This document shows, in pieces, positions 25,057 through 35,891 of a stretch of DNA of 64,000 nucleotides. The position numbers were made by a program, and so were the translations under genes. A model generated the notes under the pieces. That model had not been told where the DNA came from. It ran no database searches and was given only the letters and a program-made list of their open reading frames with translations. Numbering within the stretch: position 1 is the first letter of the stretch; each line of letters begins with the position of its first letter. Source of the DNA: Octopus sinensis (Eukaryota); NCBI RefSeq assembly GCF_006345805.1, contig NC_043000.1, positions 66,588,001 through 66,652,000 of the forward strand, written 5' to 3'.

Positions 25057-28000
25057 TCACACGGTTCCTTGCACGCACAACACTCGTGCAACATACTTCC
25101 ATCTCTTTTGGAACGTACACTCTGACAGACACCTCTTCTCCAGCCACAGTTTCCTTTTCAAATGAAAAGAAAAAAAAAAAGGATCGCAAATTGTCACCAG
25201 AGATAAAGTTGCCTGTCTTAATTCCTTTTATCCTAGTCTTCCATACAGCCTCTTTTGCTATTGCTACAACCGTGAGAAAACAATTCTTACCCTCGTTCGT
25301 TAGAACTCCCGGTGGGTCAATTTTTATAATTGACTCAGTCGACAGCCGTACTCTTCCTTCGCCGGACAACAGATGTTCAGCATAAGCCCACATTTCAGTT
25401 ATCTCCGGACACTGAACAATAGCGTGAGGGACGGTTTCCCTGTCCCCACCGCATCTTGGACAGGTCGGCGACTGACGTTTACCATGTCTTGCGAGCTTAT
25501 CCCAAAGGGGCAAGGCACCTCTGTAGCATTGCCAGGTTAAGGACTTTTGGAAGTTGTCCAACGTTCTCAACCCGAATGTACGATGAAACAAGCTGTCCAG
25601 TTGAATAAATCCGAGACCTAGAGTCGACCCCAGGCCATCGTCGCATTCAGACTCTACCAACCCACTATATAAAATCCGTGTGGAACCCCCCCCCCCCCCC
25701 CGCTGGCGTTGCCCGAGCGCCGGAACAGCAAGAGGGCCTTACGGCACTCTTTATGCCACTCACTCGACCTCGGTCTACGAGAACACCAGGCTTCCTGTTC
25801 GCAAAAACTCTTGAACTCAGGGAACATTTGTCTGGCCAGCGGAGACCACACCCATTCACTATCCAGGAGAATCCAGAGGTGCCTCAACCTCAACGCATGT
25901 CTGCGCATCATTAACCAAGGCATCCCTAAACCTCCATTTAAAGGCTTTTGACAGCAGACAGAGCGTTTCACAAGTGGCGACCTGCCCTTCCACAAAAAGC
26001 GAAAGAGCTGTCTCTCCAACCTGATCAACCACGAATCCGGACGGCACGACGGTCAGGCGGTAGGTAATGACCGATGCGATAAACACATTGGCCACTTCCG
26101 CCCTCCCTTTCAGGGATAGCCATCGCCAAGACCAGGTCTTGACTACTGCAGCCACCCTGCTCAATACCTCCGTCCAGTTCTTCTCTATCTGGAGGCCTGG
26201 TCCAAACCAGACTCCCAGCAACTTAACCGGTCCCTCCGTCCAGCGCCTAACAACACTGTCTGAAGGCATCGACTTGCCAACCCAGGTGCCGAGCTGCAAG
26301 CCGACCGACTTTTCCCGGTTAATCTTTGCTCCTGCTACCTCCTCGTAAGCCTCAATAGTCTTACCTACTTCACGTAGGCGTGCCACTGTGGTTACACTGA
26401 TAGTGATATCATCCGCGAAAGCCGTAACAAACTCCTCTAGTCCTGGTTCTCTCGGGATGCCACTCAACCTTTGCAGTAATGGCTCGAGAGCCATCACATA
26501 CAAAAGTGGTGAAAGCGGACATCCTTGACGAACCGAGCGTCTGATGCAGAACGGCTTCGAAAGGAAACCGTTCACCCGAACTATCGAGTCAATGTTGTGG
26601 TACAAAGCGATAAACCACCCGAGGAAGCCAAGGCCCAGGCCAAACCGCGCAAGTACAGTCGCTAGGTATCGATGGTCAACCCTATCAAAAGCTTTAGACT
26701 GGTCCAAATGCACCAATGCCCCACCTTTGCCAGATTTATTACCAAACCTCTCTATGGTATAGCGAATAAGATGGAGGGTATCTTGAATGGTTCTGCCTGG
26801 GATGGCACATGTCTGTGCCTCCCCGACTATACCAATCGCGACACGCGCCAACCTTTTTGCTAGAACCTTGGCCAAAATCTTCACTTCTGCGTTTAACAGA
26901 GTGATGGGCCTGAAATTATCTAGAACGTCCCCCTTGTCCGGGTCCTTTCTGATCAACGTCACTACTCCCCGGCGCACAGATCTGGGGATAAACCCATTCT
27001 GTTTCCAGTTCGCGTACACGTCAGTCAGTAGTTGCCCGAACAAGTCTGGCATACATTTATACAGCTCGTACGGAAGACCATCAAGTCCCGGTGACTTACC
27101 CGCTTTACAATCGGCCAAAGCCTCCATCACCTCCTCAGGTGTGATTGGCCCTTCGCAAGACTCCGCATCCGACCCCGAGAGGCACGGCAGCCCGGTAAGA
27201 AAGTCCTCGAGGGCTCTCCCACCACCAGGACCGCCGTCACCCCCGAACAGCTGGGCGAAGTACTCCCGAAAGACCTCACACATTTTCTCGGGTTCGTTTA
27301 TCAAGACACCATTTTGATTCGTCAAAGACCGAATAGAGGAACTATTTCCTTGCCGAGCTTCCACCACTCGGGCGCATCCAGCGGCTTTGATTCCTTCACT
27401 TCCCATTGCACGTAACTTAGCTCTGGTAATACTTCCCATGTGGTGGGCTTCAAGATGTTGGTTTAACTCCAGTCTTTTCACCCTCGCTTGGTCTGTATTA
27501 CAAGTCCTCCAGGCTTCTTCTAGTTCCTTAACTAGACCATCTCCTATTTTACGTCCCTTCTTAGCTAAACTTATGCTAAACCTAATAGACTCATATTTGA
27601 TGGCTCTTTTTAGGGCGTACCACCATTTGTTATTAATGATGGTACCTGTTAATGCCCTCTGTATTAACATCTTGATCCGCTTCTCTGTACTCCTCAATCG
27701 CCAAAAGGGACGTATTGAGTTTCCAGTAGCCAGATCCCTGTCTATGCAACTTATCTACCGTCAGTTTACAGGTAACCATCTTGTGGTCACTGTAGCTGAC
27801 TAGAAAAAACTGTGGACACTCAACTATGGACTTATCTTTTTCTCTAATTAAAATCCTATCTAGATATGTTCTGGTAGACCCGTCACTATTTGACCACGTC
27901 CACTGTGGAGTGTTCGGGTGCTCCAACCTATATGGATCTGCTAGCTGAAATTGACTTAGCAGATCCCGAAAGCCTGGGTTACATTTTCTGTTCATGTTCG

Positions 28001-28469
28001 AGTTTGAGCCAACACAATCTGTGTGTGCTGCACATATTGTATTAGAGTCTCCTAACACTACTAGTGAATGCGACGTGGCTAGGAACTTTCCTAGGCCACG
28101 AAAATATTCAGTTTGCGGGCCAATAATGTTTGGTGCGTAAATAGCGACCAGCCTGATTGTCTTGCCACAACTGAATGTCAAATCGAGAACGACCAGCCTG
28201 CCTTCTGGGTCAGAAAAAACCAACTTTTTCTCGGCTACCCGGTTTCTTTTTAGTAGGACCAACACCCCACCCCCACCTCCCGCCCGACTCGGAGAAACGT
28301 ATTTCTCGTAGCCGTTCAGGAGGGGGAGCAGATCTCTTGGTCCCTTCACCCGGGTTTCCGTTGCAACAATTACATCCAAATTTCTCGACCTGATGTCATT
28401 CAGAAAGCGTCCTTGCTTCCAGCTTGACAACAGGCCATGAACATTTAAACAACCAATGTGAATAGCCAT
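25057..28469 (-). pseudogene. Tx1 ORF2: APE endonuclease, reverse transcriptase, C-terminal Cys domain (frameshifted)
   Basis: LNVHGL, ATET, IYAPN, LGDSN, LDRI, SDH; KSPGLDGLP, NFRPITLLN, LDQSKAFDRV, VRQGCPLSPLLY, FADD; GGLGMP; CPRCGGDRETVPHAIVQC; shifts near 27700, 26040, 25690, 25170; inferred stop 25057-25059. Confidence 0.93.
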
Positions 28470-28480
28470 CACTTACCTGT

Positions 28481-30037
28481 TTAATTAGGATTGTCCGGTG
28501 GAGGGGGACCCTCCACCTTTTTTTGATCCAGGGTCGGTGGACGGTCTTGGGAAATAGATTTGTCAAAATCCCGTCTCACCACCGACACAGAATTATCAGG
28601 TGGAGGGGGAATCTCCACCTTTTCCTTTTCTCGCGGGATCGGAGCTGGTAATCCATGAAATATCGACTTGTTAAAATCTAATCTCAATGAAGATACAGTC
28701 TTTCTGTACTTATTTTGTAGAATTCTATAAGTCTTATTTGAGACTTCATATATGTCGTAATTGATAAATTCCTCTGAAAGGTTATCAATTTTTTTTAGTC
28801 TTTATGAGTTGAATGTCTCTCATGAGCTCAGTATCTTTAGTGTATACGGCTATTATGCCTTTTTCTGCTTTTTCTCTTCTGGCAGTCTTTTTTGGTCGTT
28901 GTTCTGTAGTAGTCGCCGCTCTCGGCTGGGTTGCTGGTTGTATTTTTCTTTTGTTTGTTGTTTTTTTCTCATCTGTTTCTTCTTTATCTTCTTCCTCTTT
29001 GTCTTTTTTCTCCTCTTCCTCCTCTTCTTCATTTTCCTTGCAGTTCCTTCGAATGTGGCCTAATTGACCACATAAAAAACATCGAGGTTTTCGGCCCTCA
29101 ACAAACACCACGAGGTTCTCCTCCCCTACCTCAATTGTCTCAGGAATTGTTTGAATTATTTTAGGGTCCGCTTGAATGAGAAGATTAATTGTTTGACCAT
29201 CCCAGCGTGGGTTTTCCGTAGCGGTAGCCTGGAGGAGAGTAATTTTTTTTACCTCTTTGATTAGGACTGCCGCCAACAACCACATAGGTTCGACCTCTGG
29301 CGGGACCCTTGTAATTTTTATTCGCGACGTCCTCATCCCCCTATAATAGGGGATTAACTCCACGTCGTTCGTTTTCAACGTTTCAACTGAGTTCTTGTGT
29401 GCTATTTCTTTATTGGTGAACCTTACTTCCACCGTTCCGAATTTTTTTCCTCTTCTCAGAAATACGTCGCCCAATATTGGCTTTAAGCACTTTTCTATTT
29501 TCTCTTCTGACATTCTGACATTCTTTCAATTTTTCTTTTTTGTAGACAATATGTTTTGAAAATTATTGTTTTTTGCTTTTCTTCCTGTAATAACTTTTGC
29601 GGAGGTTCAATTTTCACACCGTTGTCAGTTATTTCCATCATTTTGCTGTATTTCATAATTTCGCTTTTATTCGTCGACAGTATCTGGGTTCCACCCCCAG
29701 CAGCCAACGCAAAACTTTTTTTTCCATTTTTTGGTTCTATCTGGATGCTAGGCACATCAATTATTCTCTTCGACACAATGCCTTTGTTCTCTGGCAAAGT
29801 CGGAAACTCTTCTGGTGAAAGTTCTGACGAGCTCTCAGACACATCTCCAAAAATATCAAATATATTATCCTCTCTGCTATTCCTTCTTGTAGCGGGGGAA
29901 ACCCCTATTTCCTTGTCTGTAGTTGGCTCCTCGCCGGACATGTATTTCCTCCTCTCAACAGGAGAAACAAGTATTTCTGCTCCAACGGTAGGCTCCATGC
30001 TAGACGACATTCTTCCCCCCAAAGGGGGAATGAACAA
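28481..30037 (-). pseudogene. Tx1 ORF1: gag-like RNA-binding protein (frameshifted)
   Basis: ORF pieces 29495-30037, 28785-29513, 28481-28687; KSFALAAG, RRM-like segment, RCFLCGQLGHIRRNC zinc knuckle, acidic/basic tract. Confidence 0.88.
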
Positions 30038-30177
30038 CGCGTGCTACCACAAGCACTAAGTGTTTTCAATTGAAAACTCCAACAGTTAAGTTATTCAACA
30101 GTTTAACAAGAAACAACAGTTGTTAACAATATTAACACCACGAAACAGCAATTCTTACTTCACGAACACATGTGCGA

Positions 30178-30240
30178 CAGACGAAATACGGCTACGCATT
30201 TCGCCCGGCGTGCTAACGATTCTACCAGCTTCGCCGTCTT
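30178..30240 (-). mobile_element. tRNA-like head of the SINE interrupted by Tx1
   Basis: aagacggcgaagctggtagaatcgttagcacgccgggcgaaatgcgtagccgtatttcgtctg, same head as 33217-33275. Confidence 0.88.
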
Positions 30241-30329
30241 ACATGCACGTAACATATTATCAAGTAGAATTGTAGCGTTTAAAAATATATCAAACACGTG
30301 TTTTTATCAGGTAATATTTCATACAATTA

Positions 30330-30447
30330 CCATCGAGGTCGACTTTGCCTTTCATCCTTTCGAGGTCGACAAAGTTGCGTACTGGGATCGATCTAATAGA
30401 CTGGCCCCTTCCCAAAACTTTCGGGCCTTGTGCCTAGAGTAGAAAAG
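30330..30447 (+). mobile_element. 5'-truncated SINE family 1, tail type C
   Basis: Tail 'gggccttgtgcctagagtagaaaag'; exact 17-bp TSD AATATTTCATACAATTA at 30313-30329 and 30448-30464. Confidence 0.85.
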
Positions 30448-30524
30448 AATATTTCATACAATTATCAGTAATTTCATATTTTTCACTTAAATAACTACTC
30501 TTCTAAGAGATTCATTGTCAATTT

Positions 30525-30610
30525 TGACCCCGGTGCGTAACTGGTACTTATTTAATCGACCCCGAAAAGATGAAAGGCAAAGTCGACCTCGGCGGAATTT
30601 GAACTCAGAA
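30525..30610 (-). mobile_element. SINE family 1 body fragment
   Basis: 'aaaggcaaagtcgacctcggcggaatttgaactcagaa'. Confidence 0.7.
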
Positions 30611-30649
30611 ATCATGAGCAGCTTAGGGAAATGCTCATTTTAATCATCA

Positions 30650-32330
30650 GAAGGCCCTTGATTGTAGCTTCCCCTATATTGCCCCTTCTATTTGACTACA
30701 CATTATTATAGAATACACTCATTCAACTGGTGCAAAAGTATCAAGAAGATAAATAATATTCTTCTACAGCACTAAGATTTTCTTTACTAAAATGCGTTAT
30801 TCTTTGCAATAGAAAAAATTGCCACTTTTCTTCATACTTCAACTTTTGTGTTGTTCAGCCTCCTACCCAAGAAGCCTAAACGCTGTTTGCGATAACAACT
30901 TCAAATAATTTATTAATATTTTTCGCTTTTCCTTCTGTTTTCCCTTAAGACGGCGAGCTGGCTGAATCGTTAGCACACCTGGCGAAAGGCTTTACGTTCT
31001 GAGTTCAAATTTCGCCGAAGCTGACTTTTCCTTTCATCCTTTCGGGGTCGATAAATAAGTACTAGCTGACCACCGGGGTCAATGAAATCGACTTCCCCGC
31101 TACCCTGAAATCGCTGGTTTTGTGCCAAAATTTGAAATCACTATTTGTTACCTCTTTTATAATCTTTACTGCAGACTGTTCTACATTGGGCCATTTCCAT
31201 CTGTTCAAAGTTCTCTTTCCATAGATCTAGGTATGAGAAACATATTTCACAAAAAAAAAAAGACCTCCTTAAATTTTTTACCTTTTCAATGCGTCACTGT
31301 TTTCTTTAAGTTTTCACAGCGCATCCTCTGTATTTTGCGTCCAGATTTTACTTTTCTCGTTTGATACTTGCTGCATTGGAATTGTCCTTCTTCATAGCCA
31401 GAATCAATTTGTTGAGAAAGCTAACTTGTCTTTCTACAAACCATAAATACATTTCTCCAAAATCATTTCAAAGAATTGTTTTATCAGTCCCAGGTATTCG
31501 TTTAAACGCTGGTGGCTTTGACAAAAATCTAGTATTATCATGTTGTGATACCTTTTTGTATTCCACTCCGGTAGCCATAAAATTATTTTAGCTATGTTAC
31601 ACGAATTGTCTATATGTGTGAATAATTGAAATATTTTCACATTAAGTACTTGTATATAAACTGGCAATAGATCAACAACTATTTGGAGACAGTAGTGCTC
31701 AATGTGTGCAGTACAGCTAACAAGGCACTCTCAGGTTTCGTTTTTAATCGGTTAAATATGTTGTGATTGGCTTTTCGTTGTACGTCACCAACATTTGTGT
31801 TGTAGTGGTCTCCATAATATCCCCAAAATTTTTTCATCAATATGTGATTGGCGGTAACTGAGGCAGACATCATTTAAGATCTCAGCTGATCCAACTGTAT
31901 CCAAAAATTTAAGCTGCATCCCTGACCTGGAATGTAATATTAAGTGATGAAAAGTATCATTTTAACAACTTTTCGATTCAAAGCATCCATAGAAATTGTC
32001 ACAAAATTTCCCCCCTCTAAGTCTTTACTGAACTCAGATTTAACCGTTGTTACATTTAAAATTATAGCTTTGCAATTTTGTCTGCGCTAGGCAAAACCTT
32101 TAAAAGTTTCGAGACCAACGTTCACAAACAGTCAGGTGTCTGGAAACTCAGTTTACGAGAAATGGAATAAAAAGCAAAGGTGGTTACTTTAACGGCTACG
32201 AGATGTCCCAATTTGATTTTTCTATTTTTTTTTAAAGTATCTAATCGTGACGAAGTAGCAGCAAAACTCACTTTGTGCTTTTGAGATTTCAAATGGTCTT
32301 TAATATCAAAGTAAAGTGAAATATGAAATA
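30650..32330 (-). mobile_element. Decayed hAT-type transposase
   Basis: DIKDHLKSQKHK (BED-finger end), TFAFYSISRKLSFQTPDC, YGDHYNTNVGDVQRKANHNIFNRLK; many stops; interrupted by a SINE. Confidence 0.65.
30947..31140 (+). mobile_element. SINE family 1, tail A
   Basis: Head, B-box and tail 'tgtgccaaaatttgaaatca'. Confidence 0.82.
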
Positions 32331-32840
32331 TATATCACAATTGATTTATTCTAGGACGCACCAACACTACGCGTCCCAGAATAAATCAATAACATCACTC
32401 CCACAATAAAATACAAAAAACAAAAAATGGCAGCGATGAAATATGCACATCAAATTGCTTACTCATGCAAAAATGAATAAAAATTCTTTGTTACTTAATC
32501 TAAAGGCTTATGAGTGTGTGCGCGCGCACAGCAACAGCTACTGCAAAACGTGAATACTCACAAGAGAGGTGTATGTTTCCATATATGTGTGTGAGAAGGA
32601 AAGTATGGTTGACAATAAAAAAAAAGAGCAATTATGCAGCTACTCTCTGTGGTTTGGTTAAGACAAAGTAAAAGATTAAAGGCACAAAACTGAGTAAGGC
32701 AGATGTTTCACTTGTCGGGGGTGAGTTCTACAGACATCTCTAGCAATTTTGGTTAACTGGCAGTGGTATGAGTTGAATAATCCAAGCTCTGAAGTCTGTC
32801 TTTATTTCTCATGCAAAACATCTTACATAAGTCATAATAT

Positions 32841-33055
32841 TGGTTTCAAATTTGGGCACAAGGTCAGCAAGTTCAGGGGAGGGAGCTAATCTATTATATC
32901 GACTCCAGTGTTCAACTGTTACTTATTTTATCGATCCCGAATGGATGAAAGGCTAAGTCGACGTAGGCGGAATTTGAACTCAGAACGTACCGACGGACGA
33001 AATTCCGCTAAGCATTTCGCCCGGCATGCTAACTATTCTGATAGTTCATCGCCTT
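32841..33055 (-). mobile_element. SINE family 1, tail A, full length
   Basis: Reverse complement of head, body and tail A. Confidence 0.85.
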
Positions 33056-33216
33056 AATAAGACCTGATAATATCATTTATCAATGTGTGAACGAGTTGAG
33101 TTCAGATAATTCTATTGTTTCTCTCAATCCACGAAAACTTCCTGTCGTCAATTGGTTTTTTAATGGCCATCTGGATTTTTAATCGAGGGAACAATTCTGA
33201 ATATTATGGTTTATTG

Positions 33217-33603
33217 AAGGCAGTGAGCTGGCAGGAACGTTAGCACGCCGGGCGAAATGTTTAGTGGTATCTCATCTGCCGCTACGTTCTGAGTTCAAAT
33301 TCCGCCGAGGTCGACTTTGCCTTTCATCCTTTCGGGGTCGATTAAATAAGTTACACACTGGGGTCGATATAATCGACTTAATCCGTTTGTCTGTCCTTGT
33401 TTGTCCTCTCTGTGTAACCCCTTGTGGGTAGTAAAGAAATAGGTATTTCGTCTGTCATTACGTTCTGAGTTCAAATTCCGCCGAGGTCGACTTTGCCTTT
33501 CGTCCTTTCAGGGTCAATAAATTAAGTACCAGTTGCGTACTGAGGCCGACTTAATCGACTGGCCCCTCCCCCAAATTCCGGGCCTTGTGCCTAGAGTAGA
33601 AAA
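33217..33603 (+). mobile_element. SINE family 1 nested dimer (tail-B copy inside tail-C copy)
   Basis: Head, body and tail B end at 33441, then GGTATTTCGTCTG, body and tail C; outer TSD 33199-33215 vs 33604-33620 (15/17). Confidence 0.88.
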
Positions 33604-33839
33604 GAATATTGAGGTTTATTCGTGAGAGTAAAGTAAAGGGTTTTGGTTTCAAATCCTGGTTGAGCTATTGCTAAAAGTGTTTCATAATGTATCAATATAT
33701 TACGACATTTCTGACAGATCAATATAAAAGTCATAACAAATAAAAAATATTCTAAATTTCCGAAAAAACGGAACATAATTTCAAACTAACCGAAGCAATG
33801 ATAATAAACTGGAACGTATCGTAACTACTATATATTGAA

Positions 33840-33847
33840 TACACACA

Positions 33848-33925
<78 letters not shown>
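33840..33925. repeat. (CA)n microsatellite
   Basis: Direct. Confidence 0.98.
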
Positions 33926-33927
<2 letters not shown>

Positions 33928-34599
33928 CCATTAACTGAGATAAAAAGGTGGGGGATGGATTGACCGTGGGAAGTTGGATAAAATATCTTGCAGTATTTGA
34001 CCTGGCTATTTATTTCCCCAAGTTTAAACGGTTCCGTGGTCAACAATACATTCTCTTCTTTCGGAGTCGAAAAGAAAAATGAAGTACCAGTGGCATACTG
34101 AGGTCGAATTATCTGACCGCCCTTTTTTGCATGCCCGTCGCTAAAGGAGTGCACTGGACGGCACTGCCCTCTCACTATTCAATGATGCGCCCTCAGATTT
34201 ACAGTGACACGCCTATTTCGAAACTCCACGTTAGCATTATTACAGATTAGTGCTTACCCAGAATATTCTGAAGCACCACCAGGTACCATAGTCTTGCGAC
34301 GGGTCTGAATTTGTACCAACATATAATGGACAAAATACAATATAGTTACGTGACGCGCTGATGACAGGTAAATAAGACCGGCAGCAAGAATACACTGTTG
34401 CAACATGAATCGTATTTTTGTGTCTACTCTGTATTACATCACCGACACACACACAAACTCTCCCTTAGTAAAAATGAACTCTATCAAACGTGATATTGAT
34501 AAATAGAACCAGATTTCGTTTAAAAAGTAAGTAAACAAAATCTAGTTTCTTTGTAACATTTTCATCGCATCAATACGCATGAATGTGTTTCTAACATAC

Positions 34600-35042
34600 T
34601 GGTTTCAAATTTTGGTACAAGGTAAGTAATTTTGGGATCGGGGTAAGTCGATTATATTGGCCCCAGTGTTCAACTAGTACTTATTTTATCGATCTTGAAA
34701 GGATGAAACGTAAAGTCGACTCGGACAGCTTTTGAACTCAGAACGTAATGTCAGGAGAAATGCCGCTAAGCACTTTTCGCATTGTGGAAACGGTTCTTCC
34801 AGCTCGCCGCCCTTTGTGCTTCTTATATATTGATTTCAAATTTTGGTACAAAGCCAGCAATTTTGGGGTTGGGGTAAGTCGATTACATCGACCCCCGTCT
34901 CCAATTGGTACTCATTTATTTATCCCGAAAGGATGAAAGGTAAAGTCGACTTCGGCGGAATTTGAACGCAAAACTTGAAGATGGACGAAATGCCGCTAAG
35001 CATTTTGCCCAGTGCCGTAACGATTCTGCTAGGCCGCCGCCC
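34600..35042 (-). mobile_element. Two tandem full-length SINE family 1 tail-A copies
   Basis: Units ~34600-34812 and ~34831-35042. Confidence 0.85.
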
Positions 35043-35136
35043 CATGTGTTTCTTATATATTGATTGTAATAATTAATTAGGTATATTTAATTATCGATAT
35101 TACCAGAGAAATATATACTTTAACATTGCTTAACAC

Positions 35137-35190
35137 GAAGGAAGGAAGGAAGGAAGGAAGGAAGGAAGGAAGGAAGGAAGGAAGAAGGAA
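35137..35190. repeat. (GAAG)n microsatellite
   Basis: Direct. Confidence 0.97.
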
Positions 35191-35676
35191 ACAAGTATAT
35201 CCCGCCCCATAAAATGTGTAGGACTAAGACTTGGAGACAATTAGACGGCAATCCTAACAAAAATCTCAAAATGTCAACTGCGAACAAACGGCGCAAATGT
35301 CACTCGAAATTTCGAAATAATAATTATGTTTATCCCCCAAACCAATTAACTTCGTCTAAAGTAGTGTTTTCAGTATATCAGAAAGAAGATCAGAAGCCTA
35401 TTTTAAAGGGAATCTCCGACGTCTTTTTTTTTTGGCAATGCTCCTTATGAAGTCCGATATTACATACAAACACTACGTCACGCACCATCTCTTATATATA
35501 TATATATTATATATATATATAAGGAAAAAAGCACCTTTTATCAATTCAAAATGAACAATTAAATTACACCATCTAGAAAATTACATATAATAGAAATATT
35601 AAAATTAAAATAACAATAAAATACCAATAATTAAGTAAATTGCAAAAAATAAGAAAAACGTATATAATTGGTAGAA

Positions 35677-35780
35677 TAACGACACGTGTTTCGTGGCTAT
35701 ATTTAAGAAATGATTATAGTAAAAAAACTAATAGTAGTAGTAAAATCACTTCGATATAAATATAGCCACTCATCAGGTTA
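35677..35780 (-). ncRNA. Type I hammerhead ribozyme (Penelope-type)
   Basis: UAAC-CUGAUGA-GUGGCUAUAUUUA...UAAAUAUAGCCAC-GAAAC-ACGU-GUC^GUUA: full core, 13-bp stem II, 4-bp stem I, palindromic stem III. Confidence 0.8.
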
Positions 35781-35860
35781 AAAATAAACTAGAATAATAA
35801 AATAATTAATTAATAAATATACTTTAATATACATACATACATATATATATATATATTTTT

Positions 35861-35891
<31 letters not shown>

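Larger units (their letters stand above)
24821..30177 (-). mobile_element. Full-length Tx1/L1-clade non-LTR retrotransposon (5357 bp)
   Basis: ORF1 with CCHC knuckle, ORF2 APE-RT-Cys domain; exact 13-bp TSD CAGACGAAATACG at 24808-24820 and 30178-30190. Confidence 0.95.

Noticed and set aside
26067-29818. + strand ORFs overlapping the Tx1 element
   Set aside because: Antisense shadows of the LINE coding sequence
30178-30240. tRNA gene
   Set aside because: SINE head repeated many times in the window; no full cloverleaf
35214-35450. Short ORF with KRRKCHSKF resembling a transposase N-terminus
   Set aside because: Too short, with no supporting downstream motifs or TIR
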